Positions 20,376 through 30,427 of a stretch of DNA of 64,000 nucleotides are shown in pieces. Position 1 is the stretch's first letter. Each line of letters opens with the position of its first letter. This DNA comes from Nitrosopumilaceae archaeon (lineage in GTDB: Archaea; Thermoproteota; Nitrososphaeria; Nitrososphaerales; Nitrosopumilaceae): assembly GCA_965207375.1 (NCBI GenBank), contig OZ242274.1, positions 1,504,001 through 1,568,000 of the forward strand, given 5' to 3'. The notes under the pieces are model-generated. The model was given only the letters and a program-made list of their open reading frames with translations, was not told the origin of the DNA and did no database searches. The position numbers and the translations under genes were made by a program.

Positions 20376-22172
20376 ATGCTAAAACCACCAATGGATCCAT
20401 CTCCCATTCAATATGAGGATCTCTATGATTATGATGCACGATATATCATACCTAAATTTCAACGCGATTATAATTGGAAGCTAGATCACATTGACGAGTT
20501 TTGGAATGATCTTATAGAGCAGTGGAATAATTGGAAAGAGAAAAAAAAGAAAAAAGAACGCACTCCTTATTATTTTGGTAGTATGATGCTGGTGAATAAG
20601 GATAAAGCAGATTCTACCTATCTAGTTGTCGATGGGCAACAAAGAATGACAACAAGCATGATTTTTTTTATTGCACTACGTGATTATTTTCTAGAATGTG
20701 GGAACAGAAATGATGTTGAATATTTCAATCGTATAATCTATTATGAAAACGAGGAAGAACAATTAGAGCCACGACTTGAATTGAACCGTTACAACAATCC
20801 CTATTTTAAAGAAAAAATAATTGAAGAAAAGGAAATAACCGCAAAGAAATTATCGATTGGTACAGGATATCGGGTTAAAGACCGAGAGTTGGCCAATTGT
20901 TATAAACAAATTGCCACAAAACTTGTTGATTTTAAGATAGAATCGGAAGATAAATCTGACCAACTCCGTGATCTAGGAGAGCATCTACTACGAAATTTTT
21001 ATGTGGTTAGAAATATTTTTGAAACCAAACAATTAGCTTATAGGATTTTTGAAACAATCAATCATAAAGGACTTCATCTTGATGAAAACGATCTAGTAAA
21101 AAATTATCTTATGGAATTAATTGACGATACAGGTTCTGTTGAAGAGTCTCAGGATGTCATTGATGCGGATGATAAATGGGAATGCATCATGTCAAAATTG
21201 GAAAGCGTTAAAATTAAAGAAGATTTCTTTCTGCGAACTCATCTTACAGCATTTGTTGGCAAGACTCCTAAAGATAAAATCTATGAGAACATATTGAAGA
21301 AAATAAAAACCAAAACACAGACACAGAGTTTTCTAAATGATCTAGAGAAAAGCACGGAGTTTCTATTCAAAATTAAAAATGCAGAAGATAGGGATTGGAA
21401 TTCGGATCAGGAGATTATTGATAACCTTAACGGATTAAATGCTCTAACTGATGGAGGAATGTATCCAATTCTTCTTGCGGCCTATGAAAAACTGAAACCA
21501 AACGAAATGAAAAAGTTGATTGAATTAGTTACAAAACTACATTTTCGTGCAAAAACTGTATGTGGTCTAAGCTATACATCGATTGAAGGATTAGTTGTAA
21601 AAATCTGTGATGGGTTGGCTAATCAGAATTATTCAATATCAGACATACAAAAAGAGGTGATTTCTTGGCCACAATATCCAACAGATGATGAATTTGAAGT
21701 AAAGTTCAACCAACTTGAATTATCATCATCTGCCAAAGCTAGATATGTTTTAACAGAGATAGAGTATAGCAAGACGGGTGGGCGTTCAACTGCATCAACC
21801 CACATAGTTCAAGACATACAAGTTGAGCATATAATGCCGAAATCAATTGATGGAGATTGGCATGATGAATTAAAGACACGTCCGGGTCTGGAAACACCAA
21901 CAAAAATTGATGATTATAAGAAAAGAAATCTCAACCGATTGGGGAATCTGACGTTATTGTCTTCTAATGCAAATGCAATCATTCAAAACGACGGTTATCA
22001 AAAGAAATTAAATGGAGATAGAAAATATTCAGGATATCGTAATGATAGATTGGAAATAACTTCCAGCCTAGTAAAATACAATCAGTGGAATGAAGAAGTA
22101 ATGAAGGCCAGAGAAGCTGATTTTTATGTTCATGCTAAAAAAATATGGGATTTGAAATTGTGCAGTATGTAA
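20376..22172 (+). CDS. DUF262-DUF1524 protein (GmrSD/SspE-like NTPase-HNH nuclease)
   Basis: IPKFQRDYNW, VVDGQQRMTT, IFETINHKG, VEHIMP, RLGNLTLL...N. Confidence 0.88.
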   Translation: MLKPPMDPSPIQYEDLYDYDARYIIPKFQRDYNWKLDHIDEFWNDLIEQWNNWKEKKKKKERTPYYFGSMMLVNKDKADSTYLVVDGQQRMTTSMIFFIALRDYFLECGNRNDVEYFNRIIYYENEEEQLEPRLELNRYNNPYFKEKIIEEKEITAKKLSIGTGYRVKDRELANCYKQIATKLVDFKIESEDKSDQLRDLGEHLLRNFYVVRNIFETKQLAYRIFETINHKGLHLDENDLVKNYLMELIDDTGSVEESQDVIDADDKWECIMSKLESVKIKEDFFLRTHLTAFVGKTPKDKIYENILKKIKTKTQTQSFLNDLEKSTEFLFKIKNAEDRDWNSDQEIIDNLNGLNALTDGGMYPILLAAYEKLKPNEMKKLIELVTKLHFRAKTVCGLSYTSIEGLVVKICDGLANQNYSISDIQKEVISWPQYPTDDEFEVKFNQLELSSSAKARYVLTEIEYSKTGGRSTASTHIVQDIQVEHIMPKSIDGDWHDELKTRPGLETPTKIDDYKKRNLNRLGNLTLLSSNANAIIQNDGYQKKLNGDRKYSGYRNDRLEITSSLVKYNQWNEEVMKAREADFYVHAKKIWDLKLCSM

Positions 22173-22191
22173 CAGAATGAATTTCCAAAAA

Positions 22192-22283
22192 ATAAACACA
22201 CATGTTGTCTGTGATTATGTGCCTGATTTTTTGAACAGGTATGCAAATCTCATGCCTGAAAAATTTACGACTAGAGTTTGTAC
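22192..22283 (+). repeat. MITE-like repeat copy 1
   Basis: Ends CATGCCTGAAAAATTTACGACTAGAGTTTGTAC, shared with five other loci; left boundary approximate. Confidence 0.7.
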
Positions 22284-22430
22284 GGATCGAGAATAATGAA
22301 TAATATAAAGGAGAAAAACACCAAGTGTAACATGGACGAAACTAGTAGTGAAGAAACTAACAAGACTACAGATAATACCAACATGGATAAAGAAAATAGT
22401 AAAACAGACAATACCAAAATAGATCCAATA

Positions 22431-23955
22431 GTAAGTGTTAACGTCGTTTTTACCCATCTAGAGGTATTTTACCATCTCTTCTAGATAATTTAATCCGGCA
22501 TTTCTCCACGTCATCACACATGAAAACAAATTGCCCAATGTCTCCATGCTTTTCTCAGATCTGATTCCACCTCGTATTTTTCTGTGTACGACAATCTCAC
22601 GCAGTGCACGTTCTGCTGTATTGTTGGTAGGAGGTATGGTAGAATCCAGCACAAACCTGAACAGGTTTGGTAGGGCTCGTCCCAGCTTTCCCATGAATCT
22701 TTTGAGATTGTGCAATGGAGTGTATGTGTTAATAATTCTCTTTACACGACGATACAGATTGCGCCGTATTTTTTTGCGCCGTTTATACGAGATACGTGCA
22801 GTTATGGTATCTTTTGCATCCTCATAGATTTTTTTGAGAGTTTCTAGTGCACCCAGACATTTTTTACATCCACATTTTTGTGTCTCGTGGTGCATCTCAC
22901 GCATGATGTGAGCCCAGCATCTCTGAATATCGTATACAATGTACGGTTTGTGTCCGTCACAGATGATGGTTCCCTTCCAGTCATCTCCCAGTATCTCTTC
23001 GAGTACGTCTCTTCCCCTGCTAGACCGTACCACATACAGTGCAGTATTTGTACCTGGAATGTAAAATACCCACGCCCATACGTTTTTGCCGTTTAGATGT
23101 ATTGATGTCTCATCTATGTGTAGCAGGACTGCAGCCCTGATTGCCTTTAGGAGTTGTTTTGTGGGTGCCGTTAGGCACGCACCAACCATGGTTATTATGT
23201 TGTGTGCAGAAGCTGGAGATATTTTGATTCCCCTCAAGGTCAGTGCTTCTGCGTTTCTGCGGTGGGGCAGTCTGTCGATATAATTTGCTACTGCCTGTGT
23301 CACTATATTGTTGCCATAATTGCCTTTTGTAGGAAAATCAGTCTCTGGGATTATGTCTTTTTTGCCACAGCTTTTACATGAACACAAATCTACATGATGA
23401 CGTGTTGTTTCAGGTTGTACCTGTGGTGGTACCTCTGTAATGTCACGTATCTGTGTTTTGATAATTTTAAGATCTTTTGAGCCACACTCTGGACATTTTG
23501 CTGGCGTGTGTTGTTTGAATTTTGTAGGTTTTGGCTTGTTTGTTGCACCTTTGTGTCCCTTTGGTGCTCCTCGCTCACCTGTTGTTTTCTTGTTTTTATC
23601 CTTGTTTTTATTCTCAGTTTTCTTTTCTGGCATCTTGCGTGATTATACAGTATGTGCGTTATCATAAAATTGGAGTTTTTTATTAAGATCAGTGGCAATA
23701 GTTTTCAAATTGTGTATGTTGTTTTCTAACTCCTTTACTAGATCTTTTAGTTTTTTTTCGTTGTCATCTTTTTTTTGGATCATGGCATCTTTCAACTCCA
23801 TCATCTGTTCGAGTTTTAGATTCTTAGTTTATTCGGCTTTGTAGAGTTTTTTGAAATCTGTCAATGTATGGTTTGACTATTTGACCTCATTTAGATCATG
23901 TTGCCAAAAATTTGATCGTAAATGGTCAAAATCTAGGCATGGCGTTAACACTTAC
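22431..23955 (-). mobile_element. IS66-family element (single-ORF type)
   Basis: Perfect 13-bp TIR GTAAGTGTTAACG at 22431 and inverted at 23943-23955; no target duplication seen. Confidence 0.9.
22458..23864 (-). pseudogene. IS66 transposase with two in-frame TAA stops in the N-terminal coiled coil
   Basis: RGAPKGHKG, CPECG, HIDET, CDG, QRCWAH, TNNTAERALR; upstream frame reads ..LYKAE*..FYDNAHTV*SRKMPE. Confidence 0.8.
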
Positions 23956-24340
23956 GCCAACTTTGAAGTTGTGTGAGTAACACAACATCAAAACCATAAA
24001 TTTTTACATCTAAATTAGAGACTATATTTCACAAACTTGATCAGCAGCCGTCAACTATATTCTTTACAAATTCTGTTCATGTGTTGTCTTTTTGTTCTCT
24101 TTGTCTTTTAATCTCTACTGCTACTGCCTCTTGAATTTCTAGAGGAAGATCCTCATGATGGATTAGCGACACGCGCAGGCCCATTATTATTGCCTGCACA
24201 TCTAGTTCCTCGTTTTTCATATGAGGAGCAAACGTGTTCTTAAATGTCCTGCTAGATGAATTCTGGAGAGTCATTGCCTTTTAACACCACTATGTATGCT
24301 TGGTCGTACTCTTGTTTATACTTTAACGCATCACCAGTAT

Positions 24341-24563
24341 CTATGTGCAGTCTTAATAAAGACTTGGTTGGATTTTGCTAGTTGGAGTATGACTTTCACT
24401 AGAACAATACTTTTTCAAAAATGAAGGTCGGAAATGTATCTATTCGGGCATTAAATCCCAGTACCATGCTTCATCCATTCATTAGGGTCAAAGTGTAGTT
24501 AGTTCCCCGGGCATCGAATCCCATACTGTGATCACACAAATCCCTAACCATAATGATATCATC
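24341..24563 (-). ncRNA. Putative IS110 bridge/seekRNA region
   Basis: About 220-nt NCR after the stop with two repeated hairpins GGGATTCGATGCCC / GGGATTTAATGCCC inside closing stems; conserved in a second copy. Confidence 0.55.
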
Positions 24564-25772
24564 TCAACTTCGCAGCTGACGTGCAGTGCTCTTTTGTCCC
24601 TCCTTTATACACGTCTCAAAATCAATCTGTTTAATCAACATCCAAAATACACTTTTTAATAATTTGGCAGCAGCTGCTACCCTGGCCTTTGACCTCCCAC
24701 GCCTTTTTGCAAGACGTTTGTAAAACACACTAACAGGCGTATATGATTCCCTTTTCTCGGTGACTGCTAGATGTGTAACTACTGCCTCGACAAGTGCGTG
24801 TCTTACTAGAGATGCGCCCATCTTTGTTATGTGTCCATGATGGACAGTATCTGCAGAACGTCTAACTGATGGAACCAATCCAAAATACGATGCCAGATGA
24901 TCTTCATCAGAAAACCTTGCAATATCATCTATTTCAGAAGACAACACAAGTGCAGTATAGTTGGCTATTCCGGGTATCGTGGTGAGAAGTTGTGCGTTTT
25001 TATCCTCCTGTACCTGTTGTTTGATTTGCAGGTTGGCATACGTGATACTGTCTGTAACAGAGGCTAGATTCTTTAGATGCTGGTCTATTCTCCAGTTGTT
25101 TAGCTGGAGCAGTCTCTTTGTATATGGTCCACAAAACGGCGTTCCAGGTATGTCAATGCCTTCCTGTAACAAGATTCCGTGTATCATGTTCTTAAAGCGA
25201 GTAGACTCTTGGACCATCTTGTGTCTGTATCTGACAAGCTGTTGCTTTTTTACAGTGTTTTCATCTGGTACATGGCATGCTGCAACATAATCTCCACGCA
25301 GGAGGTCTGCAAGTATTTGCGCATCTACCTTATCTGTCTTCTTTTTAGACTCTGCAATGAGCCTTGTTTTGTATGGGTTAGATAATGTTACGTCTAGTTT
25401 CAGCTTATCTGTGAGCATACGGTATATGCCGTACCATACAGATGATGATTCTAGTACGTATTTTGCATTCTTTGGCATTTTGGAAAACGCCTTTTTGATT
25501 GCAACCGGATTGCACTCTATCCTGCGGTTCTCATGCACCTTGCCGTCTTTATCCATTACTGCGACCTGCATGAATTTTTTGTGTAGATCTATTCCAACAA
25601 AGTATTTGGGTTTGGTTTTGGGGGTGTTGTTTTGGCCTGTCTTAGATGTCTTTACCTTTGAATTTGTTTTTTTGACAGACCTCACATTTTTTGGATTTTT
25701 TTTGCATAATCTGTTTGTTTGCTTTTTGGTAGCATTACCGGTACCATCTAAACCAGAGTTTTTTCGGGGCAC
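24564..25772 (-). CDS. IS110 DEDD recombinase/transposase, apparently intact
   Basis: YFVGIDLHK, LESS, KTDKVDA, TIPGI, YFGLVPSVRRSAD, GHITKMG. Confidence 0.92.
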   Translation of the reverse strand: MPRKNSGLDGTGNATKKQTNRLCKKNPKNVRSVKKTNSKVKTSKTGQNNTPKTKPKYFVGIDLHKKFMQVAVMDKDGKVHENRRIECNPVAIKKAFSKMPKNAKYVLESSSVWYGIYRMLTDKLKLDVTLSNPYKTRLIAESKKKTDKVDAQILADLLRGDYVAACHVPDENTVKKQQLVRYRHKMVQESTRFKNMIHGILLQEGIDIPGTPFCGPYTKRLLQLNNWRIDQHLKNLASVTDSITYANLQIKQQVQEDKNAQLLTTIPGIANYTALVLSSEIDDIARFSDEDHLASYFGLVPSVRRSADTVHHGHITKMGASLVRHALVEAVVTHLAVTEKRESYTPVSVFYKRLAKRRGRSKARVAAAAKLLKSVFWMLIKQIDFETCIKEGQKSTARQLRS

Positions 25773-26013
25773 ATATGGTTAGTTCCGATTATAGATCACA
25801 GGTCACTATTTAGACAATATTTTTTGACATACCGATCCAAATAACGGAATAATCCTACCCATCTTAACCTTGAGAGAAAAAGATGGGCAAGATATCCCAA
25901 TAAAATCCGGAACACGAGGGTTTAAAGTATTTCAATCTGCACTAGGCAGGCTGCCCATTTCGTTTGGAACAGGAAACAACACGAGGTATGGACTCTCAAA
26001 CGCAGTCAACATG

Positions 26014-27095
26014 AGAGGTGATCCGTAATTATTTGTCATGCGTGTCTGCTGCCATCCAGATGCCCTGCCTCAATCAGGCCATCTGATCTAACCGCCACAA
26101 TATGCTGCGGTTTACCAAACCGCACACAATATCGTTGATCCGGTCGTATTTTATGAGTGGATTCCTGTATACGTTTCCCATAATACGCCAGGTCTTGACC
26201 CTGCGTATTGCATGTTCTACATATACACGAATCTTTGAGTGGATTTTGTTGTATTCTTTTTGCTCCTCTGTGAGCTTTGCACCCTTTTTCTTTTTGATTG
26301 GGGTGCACAGTATCCCTCCAGGAACCTCAGGTGCCCCTTGGTATCCTCTGTCTGCATATATGGTGACCTGTGCCTCATCAGGTATTTTCTCTGGAAATGT
26401 TGGAGGTTTTTTCTTGTATACTGTAACGTCATGTATTTTTCCTGGCGAATGACGTGTCTTGTGCACTATTATTCCATGTGTGTTAGTCGTGTATTGCACC
26501 TTAGAGGTGTGTTCTCCTGCCTTGCCAGAATAGTGAGACTTTTCCATGTCCTTGCGTTCGGGCCTTTGTATTTCCTGTTCTGAGGCATCAACAAAACATC
26601 TGAGACCTGGAAGAATTTCTTCTAATTCCTCAATGGAGGAAATTCTTTGCATCTTGTCATGTATTTTGGTAGGTATTGGAATGCATAGTTTTAGGATGGG
26701 CTCTATATGTGTAATAGAGCGCGATACTGATGCTTGTCCTATTCCAAACATGACTGCTGCTACATCTTGTGTGCAGTATGTACGATAGTAAAACAAAAGC
26801 AGCATCACCTGGTCTCGTACATTTAATGCGAATCTGCGGCCTGCACCTATTGCGCGCACTCTGTTTTCTCTAGAGAGCCTCTTTTTTTCTGCTCTTGGAT
26901 ACTTTTTTTCCACCTTAGATACTAACAAATCAAATTCTTTGGCAGACATGCCTGTTATGGCACGAAATCTTCTGGTATTTTTTACCAGTTTTTCATAGGA
27001 CATCATGAGTTGTGGTAGATTCGGGTGATATTTGGATCTTTTTGGTATTGCTAGGCGTGAAATTTAGGGAAATTGGCTAATTACGAATCACATCT
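26014..27095 (-). mobile_element. IS5-family element copy A
   Basis: 18-bp TIR AGAGGTGATCCGTAATTA / AGATGTGATTCGTAATTA; 3-bp target duplication ATG. Confidence 0.92.
26074..27006 (-). CDS. IS5-family (HTH_Tnp_4/DDE_Tnp_4-type) transposase, intact
   Basis: VDASEQ, HYSGK, IHD, ADRGYQG, RVYVEHAI. Confidence 0.9.
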   Translation of the reverse strand: MMSYEKLVKNTRRFRAITGMSAKEFDLLVSKVEKKYPRAEKKRLSRENRVRAIGAGRRFALNVRDQVMLLLFYYRTYCTQDVAAVMFGIGQASVSRSITHIEPILKLCIPIPTKIHDKMQRISSIEELEEILPGLRCFVDASEQEIQRPERKDMEKSHYSGKAGEHTSKVQYTTNTHGIIVHKTRHSPGKIHDVTVYKKKPPTFPEKIPDEAQVTIYADRGYQGAPEVPGGILCTPIKKKKGAKLTEEQKEYNKIHSKIRVYVEHAIRRVKTWRIMGNVYRNPLIKYDRINDIVCGLVNRSILWRLDQMA

Positions 27096-27914
27096 ATGCT
27101 ACAGGTCATGTCAGTATACGGCGTGGCTGCCAACAGTGCACACCAATACGCTCCTTCAGGAATAGATATTCCAGGCGGAGACTGGCTTGTACAAAAGATA
27201 ACCCCAATCGATCATGACGACATGATAAAACATGGAGAAAAGATGTACACTGTACCGATGACATGGATTCAAACCCCTCCCTTACGGTTGATACAAGTAG
27301 AGTTACTACTGCTACTGTAGGCGATTATACAATAGTGTACAGATGTGTAGACTATTCTGGCAATCATGCCGAACCTCAGACTAGGACGATACACATAGTT
27401 GATACAGTTGAAAACAAAAATATTTCTGACAGATCATCTAGCCCGAGTACAACATCGTCTCGAGTCGGAGGTGGTGGATTTACCTTGGGTCCTGTAGCAG
27501 TTGCATACAATCAATGTGGTATACATAACAACTTTGTTCTTGTTGCAGCTACATATGGAGACAATCTTGCAGCATCTGTATCTTATGAGGAAACTACGAT
27601 TCTAGGACAAAACTACAATGTCGATATTTCAGAATATACCTCAAAGCGCACTCCAGCAAAATTGTATGCGTTTGATTTTGCAGATATGCCTACAGACGTA
27701 TACTCTTTTAAGATAAATGTGTATGATAAAAGTGGCAAAAAGGCCACATTGCCGTTATCCATGTCTGGTGAATGCTCAAGCGTGCATAGCTTTGATATAA
27801 TCAAGGGCATCTCAGTAGGTGATTCTTTGGGTGATATTGTATCTGGCACTGATGATAAACTATCCGGTGATACACTATCAGATGACATGACTGAACGAGC
27901 AGATGTTGATGTGA

Positions 27915-28083
27915 AACCTATAGAACCAATAGAGCCTACAGAACCAGTTGAACCAATAGACTCAGTTGAACCTGTCGAGCCTATCGCTCCTATAGAGCCT
28001 GTGGAACCTGTGGAACCTATAGAGCCTGTGGAACCAATAGAGACTATAGAACCCATGGATTTAGTTGAACCTATAGAACCTAT
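27915..28083 (+). repeat. Degenerate 9-bp coding tandem repeat, (P-I/V-E)n
   Basis: PIEPIEPTEPVEPID..PVEPVEPIE in translation. Confidence 0.85.
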
Positions 28084-28331
28084 CCGTGTTCAACAGATGA
28101 GTTCTTTCCCGTTTGTATTATCACAGGTATCAGATATTGTAGTATATGTCATACTTGGTGTATTTGTTGTAGTTGCTTTAGCATATTTGTTCAGGCGCAC
28201 GAAAATAACTATTCGCACGTAGCATATCGTAAGAGGCTATTGGGTCTAACATGACAAGTTTACGTAAATTGTGCATAGAATTGAATATACAGGAAACAGT
28301 GAATCTAGTCTCTTACTAGCATATCTGGACT

Positions 28332-28422
28332 GCACATATTCATGTCGCCTCTGATTCTATGTCTATCTTTTGAACATATCTGAAATTTTCATGCCTGAAA
28401 AATTTACGACCAGAGTCAGTAT
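28332..28422 (+). repeat. MITE-like repeat copy 2
   Basis: GTCGCCTCTGATTCTATG...CATGCCTGAAAAATTTACGACCAGAGT. Confidence 0.7.
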
Positions 28423-28600
28423 CTATGTGCAGTTTTAAAGACTTGGAGTATGGCTTTTGCTAGAACAATACCAAGTCAGAAATGTATCTATTATATCATC
28501 AAATCCTAGTACCATACTTCATTAGGGTCAAAGTATAGTTTTCTAGGGCATCAAATCCCACACTGCATCCACACAAATCCCTAACCATAAAATAATCTCA
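28421..28600 (-). repeat. Solo diverged copy of the IS110 3' non-coding region
   Basis: Aligns with 24339-24566 (ATCTATGTGCAGT..AAATGTATCTATT..TTCATTAGGGTCAAAGT..CACACAAATCCCTAACCATAA); no transposase. Confidence 0.8.
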
Positions 28601-28654
28601 ATAGCTTGAGCTAAAATTCGATCATTATTTATCAGTCAAATATAACGCTGTTTT

Positions 28655-29662
28655 ATGAAAATTCAATCCATAGCCTTTGTAGCAATTGCAGGTATAGCAC
28701 TAGGCGTCATGATAATGCTTGATGCAGGCCCAAAAGAGGATCAAAACAGGATAAGAGTAGCATATTTTCCAAACATAGGACATGCCATACCAATTATAGG
28801 GATTGAAAAAGGCATTTTTACAGATCACATGCCAGATGTTGAAATTCAAACGCGACTGTTTGACAGCGGTCCTCAAGTAATAGAGGCGTTTTTTGCAAAC
28901 TCGATTGATATTGCATATGTTGGTCCGGGCCCGGCAATTACGGGATTTTTAAATTCACATAATGGCAATCTAAAGATTTTAGCAGGGGCAGCTAGTGGCG
29001 GTGCAAGTTTCATAGTACATCCGGATTCAGAGGAAAAAAATTTTAGCTTTGATGGCAAAAAGATCGCAGCCCCTCAGATTGGAAATACACAAGATGTTTC
29101 TTTGAGGCATTATTTGTCGCAACACAATCTAAAAACAGCAGAAAGAGGAGGAAGCGTAACAATATACAATGTTGCAAATCCAGACATTTACACACTGTTT
29201 ACCAAAGGTGATATTGATGGTGCATGGGTTGCAGAACCTTGGGCCACCATACTAGAAAATGAGCTTGGCGGCACTAGATTATTTTATGAAAAAGACTTGT
29301 GGCCAGATAAACGATTTGCATCAGTGGTACTAGTTGCAAACAGCAATTATGTAGATAAAAACCCAGAAATTATCCAATCTTGGTTACAAGCTCACGATTT
29401 TACCGTCAAAGAGATAAATGCAGATAAAAAAGAGACAGGCAGAATTTTTAATGTTTTTATGGCTGATATATTTGGTAGAGGATTGGACCAACATATAGTT
29501 GACGAGTCACTATCCCACATTGAGATAACTGCTGACCCAATACCTGAATCTGTGCAACTGTTTGCCCAGCGTGCAGACAAGCTAGGTTATTTGGGACGAG
29601 ACGGTTACAATTTAGATGGAATTTTTTACAAGACGGATTCAAATTGGAGGCAGGACACCTAA
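28655..29662 (+). CDS. ABC transporter substrate-binding protein (SsuA/NMT1 family)
   Basis: RVAYFPNIGHA, FDSGP, IAYVGPGP, PQIGNTQDV, AWVAEPW; N-terminal anchor. Confidence 0.88.
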   Translation: MKIQSIAFVAIAGIALGVMIMLDAGPKEDQNRIRVAYFPNIGHAIPIIGIEKGIFTDHMPDVEIQTRLFDSGPQVIEAFFANSIDIAYVGPGPAITGFLNSHNGNLKILAGAASGGASFIVHPDSEEKNFSFDGKKIAAPQIGNTQDVSLRHYLSQHNLKTAERGGSVTIYNVANPDIYTLFTKGDIDGAWVAEPWATILENELGGTRLFYEKDLWPDKRFASVVLVANSNYVDKNPEIIQSWLQAHDFTVKEINADKKETGRIFNVFMADIFGRGLDQHIVDESLSHIEITADPIPESVQLFAQRADKLGYLGRDGYNLDGIFYKTDSNWRQDT

Positions 29663-30427
29663 TTGAGCAAATTAGAGGCGCAAAATATTGTAAAGTATTT
29701 CATGCATGATTCACACAAGCTCAAGGCCTTGGGAGGAATAAATCTAAAGGTAGAAGCAGGAGATTTTGTGTGTTTGGTAGGCCCGTCTGGATGTGGCAAG
29801 TCTACATTTCTTAGAATAGTGGCAGGCCTAGAATCCCCTGATGACGGGCAGATTCTCTTTGATGGCAGACCCGTTACCACTACAGGTCCTGAACGCATCA
29901 TGGTGTTTCAGGAAGGTGCGTTATTTCCGTGGTTAAAGGTTCAAGATAATGTTGAATTTGGTCTCAAGATGGCAGGTATTCCAAAAGACGAGCGTGTCAA
30001 GATATCAAACAGATATCTAGACATGATGCAATTGACAAAATTTGCAGATTCATATACGTATCAGCTATCCACTGGAATGAAGCAGCGTGTAGCTATAGCT
30101 CGTGCACTTGTAATGGACCCTGATGTCTTGCTTATGGATGAGCCGTTTGCAGCCCTTGATGCACAGACGCGTGATCTTTTGCTTGTAGAGATGCAGTTGA
30201 TTTGGGAAAAGACAAAAAAGACCATATTGTTTGTAACTCACAATGTTGCAGAAGCCGCAATACTAGGTACAAAGATTGCAATATTTAGCAACAGACCATC
30301 TGTAATCAAAAAGGAGGTAACTAATAATTTTCCACGACCACGAGTAACTGAAGATGATGCAATGAAACAGTTTCAACATGGTATTTTGGCCCAATTAAGA
30401 CCAGAGGTAAAAAAAAGTGATTCATGA
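29663..30427 (+). CDS. ABC transporter ATP-binding protein (SsuB/NrtD family)
   Basis: GPSGCGKST, LSTGMKQR, LLMDEPF, FVTH. Confidence 0.92.
   Translation: MSKLEAQNIVKYFMHDSHKLKALGGINLKVEAGDFVCLVGPSGCGKSTFLRIVAGLESPDDGQILFDGRPVTTTGPERIMVFQEGALFPWLKVQDNVEFGLKMAGIPKDERVKISNRYLDMMQLTKFADSYTYQLSTGMKQRVAIARALVMDPDVLLMDEPFAALDAQTRDLLLVEMQLIWEKTKKTILFVTHNVAEAAILGTKIAIFSNRPSVIKKEVTNNFPRPRVTEDDAMKQFQHGILAQLRPEVKKSDS

Larger units (their letters stand above)
24339..25830 (-). mobile_element. IS110-family element with long downstream non-coding region
   Basis: Recombinase ORF; inferred right end ..GCACATAG|AT and left end AT|GTCAAAA (minus strand), consistent with an AT core; ends inferred by eye. Confidence 0.75.
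25831..28222 (+). pseudogene. Disrupted membrane-anchored surface protein (Ig-like repeat, Pro/Glu linker, C-terminal TM)
   Basis: 25831-26013 joins 27099 in frame after IS removal; frame change near 27263; DTS.V....VGDYTIVY...D.SGN....TRTIHIVD Ig-like motif; TM plus RRTK tail. Confidence 0.6.
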
